Below, one piece after another: positions 42,201 through 51,207 of a stretch of 64,000 bases of DNA. Where the stretch lies: positions 1 through 64,000 of the forward strand of contig JBPOFY010000011.1 in assembly GCA_051252375.1 (NCBI GenBank), in the 5' to 3' direction. This DNA is from Opitutaceae bacterium (GTDB taxonomy: Bacteria > Verrucomicrobiota > Verrucomicrobiia > Opitutales > Coraliomargaritaceae). Position numbers and translations under genes: made by a program. A model generated the notes under the pieces. The model was not told the origin of the DNA and did no database searches. It worked only from the letters and a program-made list of their open reading frames with translations. Position 1 is the stretch's first letter, and each line of letters begins with the position of its first letter.

Positions 42201-42586
42201 AAACCAACAGCACCGGAAAGGAAGGCATCTTCCTCATCCTGGTAATCAGTCGTTACAGTGAGGTCGCCACCAAGTGCGAGCATCCCGTATTCCGCGAAAG
42301 CAATCGCGAGTGGGTCTTCTAGCTCAAGACCTGTCCAGCTGCCAGTCTCTGCAATTGTAGCATTCCCGGAGAAAACTTCTAAAGCCGCCTGCCCGTCGCT
42401 AAAGGCTGAGACCGAATCGCCGACTAGGGCTACGTCAAGGTTCCAGTCTGGAGATTGATACCAGTCAGCAGGATTTGACACTCCTGCTGAGACCGACTGC
42501 ACAGCGGCAAATGCTGCCACTGAGGCCAGCGCAAACGTCGTCAGACGTGGCGTGGCTGCCTGTGTTATATGTTGTTTCTTATTCAT
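36218..42586 (-). CDS. Large acidic autotransporter (type Va) surface protein
   Basis: Extended signal peptide; A/T/G/D-rich passenger with ITATATG-type rungs; C-terminal beta-barrel (GFDYDTYG, EPYARATY) ending LQYNW. Confidence 0.9.
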   Translation of the reverse strand: MNKKQHITQAATPRLTTFALASVAAFAAVQSVSAGVSNPADWYQSPDWNLDVALVGDSVSAFSDGQAALEVFSGNATIAETGSWTGLELEDPLAIAFAEYGMLALGGDLTVTTDYQDEEDAFLSGAVGFFNGGILSGDGNITITSNSQNSVAPLVLAGVYSNDIGGAVDDAVESEGGFESGSLDISGYSGAIVVTNDNSVGPATVGDGTELPIPLPLPIDIDLTKSAVAVGIAAVESNDGLDLGTVYGSLDQVVTTTAKSRNAEAFVSGEEEGEPNTDAVTAAAAVGALGYFNDGVGSTANITTAATSGSAVSDTEFDTANALTIGLAVGLGGVVEGIEQGATITTTANSGFAQATSDDDIAFSNTVAIAAGVVGLVYAPLDEEPDAVESDDPAVTTIATTATSSTSSVAAAGPAEAASGAIAVGMGGLIEDLSNTTLTTTATSGAVTAESSFSDAAALSISAAIGVIGEVGDVDGTTITSTATSAAASATDSDYAGATTLSVAGGILGYMDAETADLAIDATATAADAIAEGSYSAAASADAVAFGIADFEILFYALESVGPIFGDFFLGDILGDGLGSFLGDAVVADAPAGPPLPVAQTIALDLGVTANAKNATATIVFSEDPEDPEAPVESDGYGEGSTYASASALAVGAPDLGAGDAPVPTEISGTVDVTANAAIATASGDGYSEAAAYASAYGLDDVDGNLDATITVAANAGTASATSTYYSAEAYADADAEATSDVYGDLAGTVSATATAGTATATSSNSGSNANAEADATGVDGDLEGSSTAAITAIANGGSAAANSGEFEDWNSGYETSAYASGSADATGIDGTVTPLGYEPEVESDDAEVPTIGGSITVLADAGDAESDSIYLDGANADANASAQATGIYADEHDFVADLNAIIDIDALGGEADAYASNNAYADASANAQVIGDVEDIESNIAGTIDADAVAGYASASGNAGAEAYAAATSTLITGGKYDVNINHTATTTLNATGGYASATASGLSVADEVESDVPESTIIYADADAFTGGFLDFSAIDGDIGGSLTQTSLAGQAYANATSQRRLVLPNDAVEAISIYGSEVEASAVAEALGIDGDVYGEVSAAISLTAGAAIVRDLAPGDAVEGSEVESLSLPFSPVAVAVAYNGFGGEAHADASAYTTGINGNVYGNEGNDALSGSFTQNAFGGIAIAGSYDDFFIVNMDAIESNELEEEFDISDYYDVTASAVGDSFGVDGDVEGDVTADFTINATGGEAYASGNPSQTLAAEAYGDAAGIYGSVDGDFDATMNVTATGGKAIVETVNSMYQVIQVSSPDGLFADASAIATGIGGADANAIDGNVAGTINVTATGGEAGSLIDNFFDFDDAVESVVFIEEYFDGLYVAEGAYNAYAQAVGLNGNVDAEEVSAAITATATGGEVVIADTVVPIDAVEGIGFYDGSAGAFAAGIAGQEVIIDDVTGDITATATAGTVGYASGLFVDTDAVEGDGYYLPYVPDLAFADYADADYAFAAGIMTYTPYAEIDDSEVVEAEPIEGGNLDVTISSAVHAYATSPDLFLPADAVEGEEVLGAPIGYYTYAAAVYGAQADDSVELDDGADIVGDINLGGGANELKVIGNSIMEGNILSTSLEWIDGWLNIDNGAGTVDFDVDSGFFTAVRTVEVSDLLDTLVIGASGGLAPILSQDPDDGDTSLISVYFGNGGLSGDVLFEAGSTILPVFDDSVDLNNVVGNEYAIVRASEGFVDDDGAIVDNSETPFEYVFEVRDLLSVGPTDAVEGLQSIIIGGEEGILTVVGAKDLDEEETPGTVQTNQAVNSASQAVMIDISKHAALLRTLLRSSAQAPTGASGPEAEKMQNGEWLSYISVFGNIGQQETSGGFAGFDYDTYGLVVGQEKLVGEQLIVGIGGGYAQTDIDGLAGSGGGDSELYSLAVYANWFTDTWYAEGGLTYGHADSDVVRVDFKSDRYTGNYDSNLIGTWFELGYTSAFGDFGLEPYARATYIHGEHDGFTDSGPDALVLTTQDNETDNFKTEIGARLNHEWAYECGSSVLVEVKAAWEHEWGDEGVSVNSTYLGDSSLTLQSAEADTDAIVLGVRAQWSNGEGLAFGLEYEPTFAGNWYNHAFNGTLQYNW

Positions 42587-42636
42587 AGATTATGAGCTTT
42601 GTTTGTTGGTTAGATGTTTAGATAAAATATAGGCAC

Positions 42637-42668
42637 AAAAAAACCGAGCATGGCGGGCCACGTCGGTT
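42637..42668 (-). terminator. Intrinsic terminator 50 nt upstream of the autotransporter start
   Basis: Minus strand reads AACCGA-CGTGGC-CC-GCCATG-C-TCGGTT-TTTTT. Confidence 0.7.
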
Positions 42669-42894
42669 ACTTATAAATCGCAATTCACTCCATATGATAC
42701 GGAGTGATCAAAAGCTAAAACTGCTAAGGCGGAGGAAAATACGTTCATATTGAAAGTAGAACGCAAATCACACCCATAATAACGCACTAGAGCAAGTGCA
42801 TTATGAATAATATGTTAAAAATGTTAGCAGGGATTTAGGGGATTTCACCTAGAAGAAACCCATACCGCAAATAACGATACCATCAGTTGGTGAG

Positions 42895-43143
42895 TTACGC
42901 GGAATCGCTCGCTCTGATTTCACGCATGATGGCACGCTCCTTATCGAACTTCTCTCGGTTACAACGACAATGCGGACAGAGCGGACTATTATACAGTAGC
43001 ACAAATTGCTCACGAAGACTCAATGAGCGGGTTTTCCCGACCTCGACCATCTTCAATGCGGATCCACAGCTCGGCACCACTGCGCCGATCATATCGAATG
43101 CTGTATCCGCAAACCCGCGTCTATTTTTCTTTTTCTCCGTCAT
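42895..43143 (-). CDS. Small Cys-rich protein, zf-HC2/anti-sigma-like
   Basis: SC...LSLREQ..L.YN...CPHC pattern. Confidence 0.5.
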   Translation of the reverse strand: MTEKKKNRRGFADTAFDMIGAVVPSCGSALKMVEVGKTRSLSLREQFVLLYNSPLCPHCRCNREKFDKERAIMREIRASDSA

Positions 43144-43252
43144 CTTTGCGCACGCTAGTGTGGAAAAAATATTTTGCCAGCGTATCCCTCACTTTTTTCT
43201 GCACATCTACTCTCGAATTGACAAACAGGGGCATTATTCTGATGAAAACACT

Positions 43253-44464
43253 ATGAAATACCTACCAACCAAGACCTTATACCTCCTCGCAAGCATCCTA
43301 CTCCCTCTCTACGCGCAAGCCGGCTGGGGTGATGCATTACTAAAACAAGTCGTTAAGGACGTCGCGACCGAGACAGTTAAGCAGGAAGCGACCAAGGCCA
43401 TCGTCAATCAATTCAACAAAGCAGATCCGAATTACGAGGGTCCTAAAACAGCCTCACAAGCCGAATCCGAATCTGCCGCGCTCAGCGTGAGTGCCATAAC
43501 GGTAGAAACCGAAGCGCTCAACCCCACGAAAGACTTCAGTAATACCAAGCTGATCAAGAACGTCAAAAAACGCACCAACCGTGTTGTCGTCGGTGGATTC
43601 CGCGTCGCATTTATTCTTTCCAATGTCGCTTCAGCGAGTGAAGACAACGGCCTGCTCAATATGGGTAACTCCGCAGGGAGCGGCATGAAAACGATCCATC
43701 AAGATCGCACCGTCAAGATGGAGAAAATCCTCTACGGGATCGACGAAGCCGACATGCAAGCGATCACCGATCAAGCCTACAACGACTTCGTCCAAAAACT
43801 ACAAGCCAGCGGACTCGAAGTGCTCCCCGCCAGCACCTTTTTAAACTCACCGCAATTCGCTGAGATCGATCAAACACCAGCCCCCTACAAAAAGGATTCC
43901 GGCTGGTTTCGCCCCAACGACATCCACGTTTACAGCCCCACCACCCTGCCACTTTGGTTCGGACACTTCGATGCCAACGGCTATGGAGACAAAGGTGCTC
44001 TCAGCTTAGGTAATTGGAAAAAGGTCAATAAATTCTCCGGCGATAACAACGTCATCGTGCTCATTCCACAACTGACTATCAACTTCGCCGACATGCAATC
44101 TTCAGGCCGACGTAGCATGTTCAAGAAAGCATCCGTGAAAGCCGAGGACATCATTCACTTCACTTCCAACAACACATGCATGCTTGCTTTTTACTCTAAG
44201 GCAGGCGCGCCCAGCGGCGATCTCGGAGCGACTGCACTTGAAGACAACTACCATGTGCCGGGCAAATTTGCCGTGAACTATCTCGTCGACGAAACCGACA
44301 ACGCCACCTGGGTAAATTCTATGACACGCCTCACTGGCACTTCCGGGAACATCCACAGCAGCGAGACTTGGGCGGTTGTCGCCAACAAGAACGTCTTCAA
44401 GCAATATACCGCCGCAGGCGGTGGCGTCATCAACAGCGCCTTTATCGAGCTGTTAAAGCAATAA
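43253..44464 (+). CDS. Exported hypothetical protein
   Basis: Start reassigned to MKYLPTK..., with a signal peptide ending AQA. Confidence 0.72.
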   Translation: MKYLPTKTLYLLASILLPLYAQAGWGDALLKQVVKDVATETVKQEATKAIVNQFNKADPNYEGPKTASQAESESAALSVSAITVETEALNPTKDFSNTKLIKNVKKRTNRVVVGGFRVAFILSNVASASEDNGLLNMGNSAGSGMKTIHQDRTVKMEKILYGIDEADMQAITDQAYNDFVQKLQASGLEVLPASTFLNSPQFAEIDQTPAPYKKDSGWFRPNDIHVYSPTTLPLWFGHFDANGYGDKGALSLGNWKKVNKFSGDNNVIVLIPQLTINFADMQSSGRRSMFKKASVKAEDIIHFTSNNTCMLAFYSKAGAPSGDLGATALEDNYHVPGKFAVNYLVDETDNATWVNSMTRLTGTSGNIHSSETWAVVANKNVFKQYTAAGGGVINSAFIELLKQ

Positions 44465-44556
44465 GACCTATACCAACCACATGGTAATGCCGCATGCCGT
44501 TTTTCAAGGAACGGTATTGCATTGAATGTTACTAAGGCAGCGTTCTACCTCTTCAC

Positions 44557-46515
44557 ATGTTTCGCTGCTTCTTAATATACATTGCCCTTTGCTGCCTGCC
44601 GCTCGCGCTGTTTGGTGCCAGCAAAGGTGACGCAGCACGCATCGACCTCTACTACGGTATCGCGGAAGGTAACTTCTTCATCGGCGACTTAGCCGGTGCA
44701 ACCAGCGGCGTGGAACAGATGCTGCGAATCGACGCGGCACATGTGCCCGCACTCACCCTTCTCGCACGCATCCAACTCAAACAAGGCGCAGCCGATAAAG
44801 CACTGGCGACTACCGAACAAGCCATCGCACTTGAGCCAGCAGAACTCGAACATCAGCTACTCAAAGCACTGATCCTCGGTCAAGCGAACCGAAGCGATCA
44901 AGCCATCGCGCTCATTGAATCGGTCCTTAAAAAAGCACCCGATCAAAGCGACGACTATCGCGCTGCGAAACAATTACTCGGCTTGCTGCAAATGGCGCAA
45001 GGCGATTGGGATGCCGCCGCAGACAGCTTCCATGCCATCTACCTTGCAGACCCGACCACTGCCGGCACTAGCTTGAAGTTGAGTAGTGAAGCCTACCTAG
45101 AAAAGGCGCGTCTAGCACTGGAAAAAGCCAACCAAGATGAAGCGATACAAAGCATCGACCAAGCCATCTCCGTTTACGAAGGCAAGAGCGGGCAAGAAGC
45201 ACTTAAAGAGCGCACCAGCTTAACACTCATGCGCGCACGCCTCCTCAGTCAACTCGGACAACACGACGCCGCCATCGCCGGGCTGCAAACCCTCACAGCG
45301 CAACAACCGAACAACCTAGAAGCCACCGTCACACTCGCCTCAATTTATGCCAGCGCCGATCGCTGGACTTCACTCGATACCCTGATTCCACAAATCGCCA
45401 ACATCCCAGAGCTCGCAGACATCACGCTTTATTTCGAAGGCCGTTCAGCGCTTTCTAAAGGCCGCGTCGGCACCGCCCGCGCAAAGTTCGAAGCCGCGAT
45501 CGACCTCAAACGTGAAGGCCAACTTTCATCCTCACTCCACTTCTATCGAGGCCACTGCCTAGACGCACTTAAACGAAAAGAAGAAGCCTCCACTGAAATC
45601 ATCAAAGCACTGAATGCCGGCTTCCGCCCCGAAACCACCGCGGAAGGTGCCCTCGCCAGTCGCATACTGATACAATCTAAACAAGCAGAGCGCGCCATCC
45701 CCATCCTAGAAGCGATCACACTCAACCAGATCGACACCTCTCCAGAAGTATGGGCGCTCCTCGGGCGCGCGCACAGCACCGAGGGAAATACAGCCCTAGC
45801 GATCAGCGCATATAACGAGGCCATCAAAATAAACCCGACCGACCCTGAACTGCGCGCCACCCGAGGTTCCTTGCTCCGAAAAATCGGCGACATCCACGGC
45901 GCTGCAGTCGACTACTATTCCGCCCGCGAAAGCGAACCCGGGAACCCCGCATATGCCTACGCCTACGGACTCACACTCTTTCAACTCGGTCAACTAGACG
46001 AAGCTGAAATACATCTCGATTTCGCCGCCGAGACACTCCCTGAAAACAGCAGTCTGCAATTGCTCCACGCACTACTCGCTTACTCGGTCAACAAAAACGA
46101 CGTATCCAAAGAAGCATTACGAAATTACTTTTCATTCGCCGGCGACACGCCAAACGAATCCGCGCTCTACTTAGAATATGCGCTCAAAGCACAAGAAGAC
46201 ATGCGCCTAGCCATACTCGGAATGAACCAGCGGATCATCGATCGCGAGCGTTCAGATTTCCTACAGAACTTCATCCGCTACAACGTCGGCAAACTCGACC
46301 GCAAAGCGATCATCGACCATGCAGGCATCGCCGAAAGCAAAGAAATCGCACAGCAACAAATTTGCGAAGCCGCCTTTTGGATCGCCCAGCACGAACGCGC
46401 CGCCGGCAATAAGAAAGCCTACACAGAGCTGCTCAAAATCATCTTGGAAACGGGCCATGCCGACATACCCGAATACCAATTCGCCCGCTGGCAACTACTT
46501 CAAATCAAACCGTAA
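44557..46515 (+). CDS. Exported tetratricopeptide repeat protein
   Basis: Signal peptide; repeated A/L helical units (WALLGRAH...AYNEAIKINP). Confidence 0.85.
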   Translation: MFRCFLIYIALCCLPLALFGASKGDAARIDLYYGIAEGNFFIGDLAGATSGVEQMLRIDAAHVPALTLLARIQLKQGAADKALATTEQAIALEPAELEHQLLKALILGQANRSDQAIALIESVLKKAPDQSDDYRAAKQLLGLLQMAQGDWDAAADSFHAIYLADPTTAGTSLKLSSEAYLEKARLALEKANQDEAIQSIDQAISVYEGKSGQEALKERTSLTLMRARLLSQLGQHDAAIAGLQTLTAQQPNNLEATVTLASIYASADRWTSLDTLIPQIANIPELADITLYFEGRSALSKGRVGTARAKFEAAIDLKREGQLSSSLHFYRGHCLDALKRKEEASTEIIKALNAGFRPETTAEGALASRILIQSKQAERAIPILEAITLNQIDTSPEVWALLGRAHSTEGNTALAISAYNEAIKINPTDPELRATRGSLLRKIGDIHGAAVDYYSARESEPGNPAYAYAYGLTLFQLGQLDEAEIHLDFAAETLPENSSLQLLHALLAYSVNKNDVSKEALRNYFSFAGDTPNESALYLEYALKAQEDMRLAILGMNQRIIDRERSDFLQNFIRYNVGKLDRKAIIDHAGIAESKEIAQQQICEAAFWIAQHERAAGNKKAYTELLKIILETGHADIPEYQFARWQLLQIKP

Positions 46516-49320
46516 GCCCGTGCCGTCCTCAACGCTCTCCAAGGGTGAGACTGTAAGACGGGTCGCGTCCAAACCATGCGACGCGGTCAGGTGAGCTTGA
46601 ACGACTTTCGCGCGCTCAGCCGCGAGGCGCTCCAATTCACTTTCTGGCAAGACTACTTGAGGCATCAAATAAGACTCCATCTTAGCTAAACCCGCCGCCG
46701 TTTCAGCCACAGTCTCCTCATCAGGCGTGCCTGCTGCTTTCATTTGATCGCCATACCGCTCCGCCAGTGCCTTTTGATAAGCAGCTTCATCCGACTGCTT
46801 CACGTCTTTGAGTAAAGTTGCGCGAAGTTGTGTGCGCTGCAGCGCAACAATGTCTTCCGCGATAATCTCGGGTATAATCGCCAGCTTCAAATCTGGCCGC
46901 TCTTTCAAGGCAGTCGCCATCGAATTCAAACGGTCGAGCATGGCATTCGACAAAGTCGACTGACCGGCATCGAACTCAACCACTGAAATGTCTTCCTCCG
47001 AGCCCACCAATCCTGACAGCAATTTAAACGGTGCAGAAACCACGTTCGTGATTAAACCAACCACCGCAGTTCGAATGATCTGACCAAGACCCGCCTTCGG
47101 GTCGCTGAGATCACCAGACAAGGGCAAGGATAGGTCCATCTTTCCGCCCGGTCCCGATAGCAATGTGACCGCCAAATCTAGCGGCAAACTAATCGCCGTC
47201 TCACTCTTCACCGAATCACCAAACTGTAGCTGATCGATGAGTATCTTGTTCGATGCCTTGAGCTGATTGTTTTGAATATCCCAATTTGAATCCAAACTGA
47301 AAGCTCCCTTTGCAATGCGCCGCCCCACCGCTTTTCCGGAATACGGAGACAAAGCCGGCAAAGCCAATTGACTCAGCGAAACCTGAAGTGTCGTCGCAGC
47401 TCCTATCTCGGATGGCTTCAAGGTGCCATTGACCGTCAAGCGACTACCATTAACCATCGCATTCAAATCCAACGAAGAAGAACCGGACCCGGCGAGTGCG
47501 ACATCTTTAAGCATTAAGCCCAACTCGGTTATATTGAACTCTGTGCTTGGCTCAGTTGCGCCATCCACAAATGTAAATATGCCCTCTTCAATAGCGATGG
47601 TCGCAATCGAAATATTCGGCGGCGTGCCACTCTCCGACGCAGCGACCTCCTCAACACTCTCTTCCGTCGCTTCGCTAGATTCTGCACTCGGTCCCTGTTG
47701 CATCTGAATCACTGGTTTACTTAAAACCACTGCATCGATTGCCAGAGAAAATGGAGTCGTCGCTAATTGGAGCTCGTTCAAACTCAAGCGATCCCAAGCA
47801 AAACTCATGGGCGCTGCGCCATTTCGCTGCCCTGCAAATTCTCGGATCTCGACACTGCCAGTCAGATGCAAACCATCTGCAGTGCTGTTCTTCAATTTGC
47901 CATTAAAATCAAATGCACCTGACTCGATTGCCATGTCCGCGAACTCATTCGTATATGCGGTCGCCAGACTCAATGGGATCGATTGCGCGTTGATCGAGAA
48001 GTCCAGTGCGCCCGACTCCACCACCACAGAACCCTGCAGATTCACAACCCCCTGCTCCCCTATCTTATATTGCGCATCGACAGTAAACGGCGCTGCCAAA
48101 TCAGAAGTCATCCCTTGCACTTTAATTGAAGGCACGCCCACCTCTACACTCGCAAGGCCTTGCGCCAAATCTTCCTGCCAGCGCACATGGTAGTTCGTCA
48201 CCTCAATCAATTCGATCACATAGCTAAGCGGCTCGAGCGCGCTATCCGCTGCTGGCGCTTCCGCCTGCATGGGTGCTTCGCTCATCTCCGCAGCCTTCGG
48301 TCCAGCAACCAGTTGAAGCAAATTGATTGCCCCATCCGCATCACGGTGGACCAACGTCTCCCCATTCGTCACGCCAACTTTTGCGACATGCAACTCCATC
48401 TGCGGAAACTTAAAACCAACACCTTCTAGCGCGACCGCTTCAATCGAAAGCAAAGTTGCTGGCTCAGCCGACGGCGAGCAGAGCACCTCGGTCAAATTTG
48501 CATACGCCTCATCAACTGACAGCAAATTATCCAAATCTGATAGATCGAATTGATACTGAAACCCAAAACCGAATACCGCGCTTTTCAGATCAAAACGTAT
48601 CAACTCAGCATAATACGGCGAAAGTTGATCGATCATTAAACCTTCCAACGAAAACGCCCCCTCACTGCGCAAAGGCTGACTCGTGAGCGTGCCCTTCCAG
48701 CTAACCCGAGCTCCGTTCTCGGTTTCTGCATCAAACTGCATGGCCGACGAACCATCCGAAACCGTCGACAGATTACGTAGTGTGAAATTAATCGGGTCAA
48801 TTATCTGCGCATACACTTCCGCGTTGGTGTGATCGGTAAAGCCCGCCTTGCCGTTGCTCACTTCAAGCAAATCGATGCGCAACTTCGGAATCTCCGCTTG
48901 ATTCAGTCGCTCCATTATTTTGCGCCAGCCTTCTGCCGTTTCCGGCGACTCGACTGGTGCCTCATCCGGCGCGACCTCTGCCAATTGACGCGTCGCCTCC
49001 ATGTCCAGTCCATCCAGGACCACACGATCCAAGACCGGATAAAACTTCAAAACCGTCAAAACACTCAAATTGACCTCCGCCAAAGCCCACTTGGCTGTCC
49101 ATGCCCCACCGGCGTCCGCAGTCGAAAGCCCCTCTACTCGCAGCGACCATGTAAATGGGTTAAAACGCACCTTCTCGATCACCGAAGCCTCGTTCACATG
49201 CGTCTGCAATGCCCGTTCGCCAAAATACCTAATCAAAAATGGAAAAACCAAAAAGCCGATAAAAGTATATAATGCGAAAAGTATCGCAGAAATGGTGAAG
49301 AATTTTCGGGTGCGAGTCAT
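46495..49320 (-). CDS. DUF748 domain protein
   Basis: N-terminal TM; motifs FNPFT, LSPY, SLPLDLAV.LL, LPLSGDLSDP, APFKLL. Confidence 0.85.
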   Translation of the reverse strand: MTRTRKFFTISAILFALYTFIGFLVFPFLIRYFGERALQTHVNEASVIEKVRFNPFTWSLRVEGLSTADAGGAWTAKWALAEVNLSVLTVLKFYPVLDRVVLDGLDMEATRQLAEVAPDEAPVESPETAEGWRKIMERLNQAEIPKLRIDLLEVSNGKAGFTDHTNAEVYAQIIDPINFTLRNLSTVSDGSSAMQFDAETENGARVSWKGTLTSQPLRSEGAFSLEGLMIDQLSPYYAELIRFDLKSAVFGFGFQYQFDLSDLDNLLSVDEAYANLTEVLCSPSAEPATLLSIEAVALEGVGFKFPQMELHVAKVGVTNGETLVHRDADGAINLLQLVAGPKAAEMSEAPMQAEAPAADSALEPLSYVIELIEVTNYHVRWQEDLAQGLASVEVGVPSIKVQGMTSDLAAPFTVDAQYKIGEQGVVNLQGSVVVESGALDFSINAQSIPLSLATAYTNEFADMAIESGAFDFNGKLKNSTADGLHLTGSVEIREFAGQRNGAAPMSFAWDRLSLNELQLATTPFSLAIDAVVLSKPVIQMQQGPSAESSEATEESVEEVAASESGTPPNISIATIAIEEGIFTFVDGATEPSTEFNITELGLMLKDVALAGSGSSSLDLNAMVNGSRLTVNGTLKPSEIGAATTLQVSLSQLALPALSPYSGKAVGRRIAKGAFSLDSNWDIQNNQLKASNKILIDQLQFGDSVKSETAISLPLDLAVTLLSGPGGKMDLSLPLSGDLSDPKAGLGQIIRTAVVGLITNVVSAPFKLLSGLVGSEEDISVVEFDAGQSTLSNAMLDRLNSMATALKERPDLKLAIIPEIIAEDIVALQRTQLRATLLKDVKQSDEAAYQKALAERYGDQMKAAGTPDEETVAETAAGLAKMESYLMPQVVLPESELERLAAERAKVVQAHLTASHGLDATRLTVSPLESVEDGTGLRFDLK

Positions 49321-49341
49321 GATGAATAGTAAAGCAGATGT

Positions 49342-49665
49342 TTGACCATAAGTTCAACATATGAAAATAGGCGTTTCGCAGGCTACGAGCGAGCCTCCAT
49401 GGATCTCGTGGCCGAGCTTGCGGGCGCCTCCAAGCGCACTGTGTATAATCACTTCGCCAGCAAAAAGGATTTACTCTGGGAAGTGATCGCCGAGCTGATG
49501 GCAGGCCAGCAAACCCAGAAGCCGATCCCCTACTCCAAAGACGAATCGCTCAAAGCGCAGCTCGGACGCTTCGTGGATGCGCAGATGTATTTCATCCTCG
49601 ACCCCGAAAGGCTCTCAGGACCAAAATGGGGTCATGTCGTTATCTTTGCAATTTGTTATGAATAG
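49342..49665 (+). pseudogene. TetR/AcrR-family regulator fragment
   Basis: HTH GYERASMDLVAELAGASKRTVYNHFASK. The first helix is missing and the C-terminus runs into the duplicated sequence at 49617. Confidence 0.7.
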
Positions 49666-49860
49666 AGGCACACGGGCAGCCATCTTCCTCATCGCCTGGA
49701 GCTGAAATTCAATGCCCAGGCGCCACTGCCCAAACCCGAGGACCAAAATGGGGTCATGTCGTTATCTTTGCAATTTGTTATGAGCAGAGGCACACGGGCA
49801 GCCATCTCCCTCATCACTTCGAGCTGAAATTCAATGCCCAGGCGCCACTGCCCAAACCTA
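49617..49860. repeat. Tandem 122-bp duplication
   Basis: 49617-49738 versus 49739-49860, about 8 mismatches counted by eye. Confidence 0.92.
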
Positions 49861-50917
49861 GAAAAATCGTCATCGCCTCGATTTCTGTTTCCAGTGCACG
49901 GCGGAATTTCGATTGGCTCGCGGGTTCACTGACGTATCCCACCTCTACGTCGAGCCGCTCATCGATCACCTTGGCATTCGCCCAAGCGATGACCTTTTCC
50001 TGCCAAAGCAATGGCATGGCATAGTAGCCCCGCGCACGTTTGGATGCGGGGATGTAAGCTTCAAAGCGGTAACTCCACCCCCAAAGCTGCTCAAAGCGTT
50101 GACGGTTCCGAACGAGCGGATCAAAGGGAGCGAGAATCCGCACCCGGCCGGGGACTTCATTCGACTGCCAGCTGTCGTGCTCCAGTAGATACGTCAGACC
50201 GTCCACCTCGACCTCGACGAGCTGCCCGGTGGCGACGAGTTGATCGACGATCCCCACCCTCTCTTTACGCTTTGGCACTAGGTGCGTGAGGCTTCTAAGC
50301 TCCGACAATAAAAAAGACTTCGTCGTTGGACCGAAGACGTGCGCCGTCGTCATGGCTAAACGCGCATAGCGAGCCTCCGGATTCGCCTCTTTTGGGCGCG
50401 AGTCTTCAGCCGCTTGGTAAACTCGGACGCCTTTCTGGCGTCGACTAATTCGTAAATGCCCCTCGTCGTGCAAGTCCTCCAACACGCGTTTGGTCGCTTG
50501 TGATTTCCCGCCCCAATGATTGGCCACCGAACGCGGCCCGAGACTTTCAGCCAGATCCCGGGGATGGACCTCTCCGTGCTTTTTAACGAAGGCGAGCACT
50601 TGCCGCTCCAGCGCTTTCAACTTCCCGGCCGGCTGGGTGTGGAGATCTTGCCACACCTTTGATGGCATAAATCCATAGGCAAAGAGATAGCCCTCTTCCG
50701 CGTCCAACTGAGGATACAGTTGTTCCAAGTCACCGGACACATAAGGATCCACCCGATGACGGAGAATCAAATCCTGCGCCCGCGCCGGCGACCGGATCGG
50801 ATCCGCCTGCACAAAACGCAGTCCGCCAAGGCCAGCGGCCAAATCTGAATACTGCGGAAAAGATCCTGCGACGACGCGACGCCTGAACTCCTGTAGCTGG
50901 ATTTTGAGAGGGCTCAT
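49814..50917 (-). CDS. YcaQ/AlkZ-like crosslink-repair DNA glycosylase (HTH_42)
   Basis: QxD motif FVQADPI; ILAPFDPLV; YRFEAY.P..KR..GYYAMPLLW. Confidence 0.85.
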   Translation of the reverse strand: MSPLKIQLQEFRRRVVAGSFPQYSDLAAGLGGLRFVQADPIRSPARAQDLILRHRVDPYVSGDLEQLYPQLDAEEGYLFAYGFMPSKVWQDLHTQPAGKLKALERQVLAFVKKHGEVHPRDLAESLGPRSVANHWGGKSQATKRVLEDLHDEGHLRISRRQKGVRVYQAAEDSRPKEANPEARYARLAMTTAHVFGPTTKSFLLSELRSLTHLVPKRKERVGIVDQLVATGQLVEVEVDGLTYLLEHDSWQSNEVPGRVRILAPFDPLVRNRQRFEQLWGWSYRFEAYIPASKRARGYYAMPLLWQEKVIAWANAKVIDERLDVEVGYVSEPASQSKFRRALETEIEAMTIFLGLGSGAWALNFSSK

Positions 50918-50950
50918 TTTTTAATGATCGTAAGATCCGACAGAGCCGGC

Positions 50951-51070
50951 GACCGCTAATCTCCGCTAATTTTACGCTTATGGGGCTTCTTTCTCTTTTT
51001 CTTAAATAAGCGTTAATAAGCGCACATAAGCGGTGTCAAAATTTTCTTCTATATCTTTAATTAGCGGTTT
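50951..51070. repeat. ACCGCTAAT-family inverted repeat
   Basis: ACCGCTAATCTCCGCTAATTTTACGCTTAT...ATAAGCGTTAATAAGCGCACATAAGCGGT. Confidence 0.75.
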
Positions 51071-51207
51071 AGGGAATCGCGTTTAGCTGGAAGCGCGAGA
51101 TGGGGTATCGATAAGCGACTAACGGCGACTGAGAGGAAGAATTGCTAGAATTACGGAACCATTTTGGGCTTGCACAGAGCCCCTAAAACCGCATTTTCCT
51201 GCCCCTC

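Noticed and set aside
42600..42780. c-di-GMP-I or other known riboswitch upstream of the autotransporter
   Set aside because: I could not find the GEMM consensus elements; kept only as an unknown attenuator candidate.
42887..43252. N-terminal extension of the 525-aa ORF
   Set aside because: A signal peptide begins at ATG 43253, and the extension overlaps a plausible minus-strand gene.
46495..46515. 21-bp convergent overlap of the TPR and DUF748 genes
   Set aside because: Short 3' overlaps are common and both proteins look complete.
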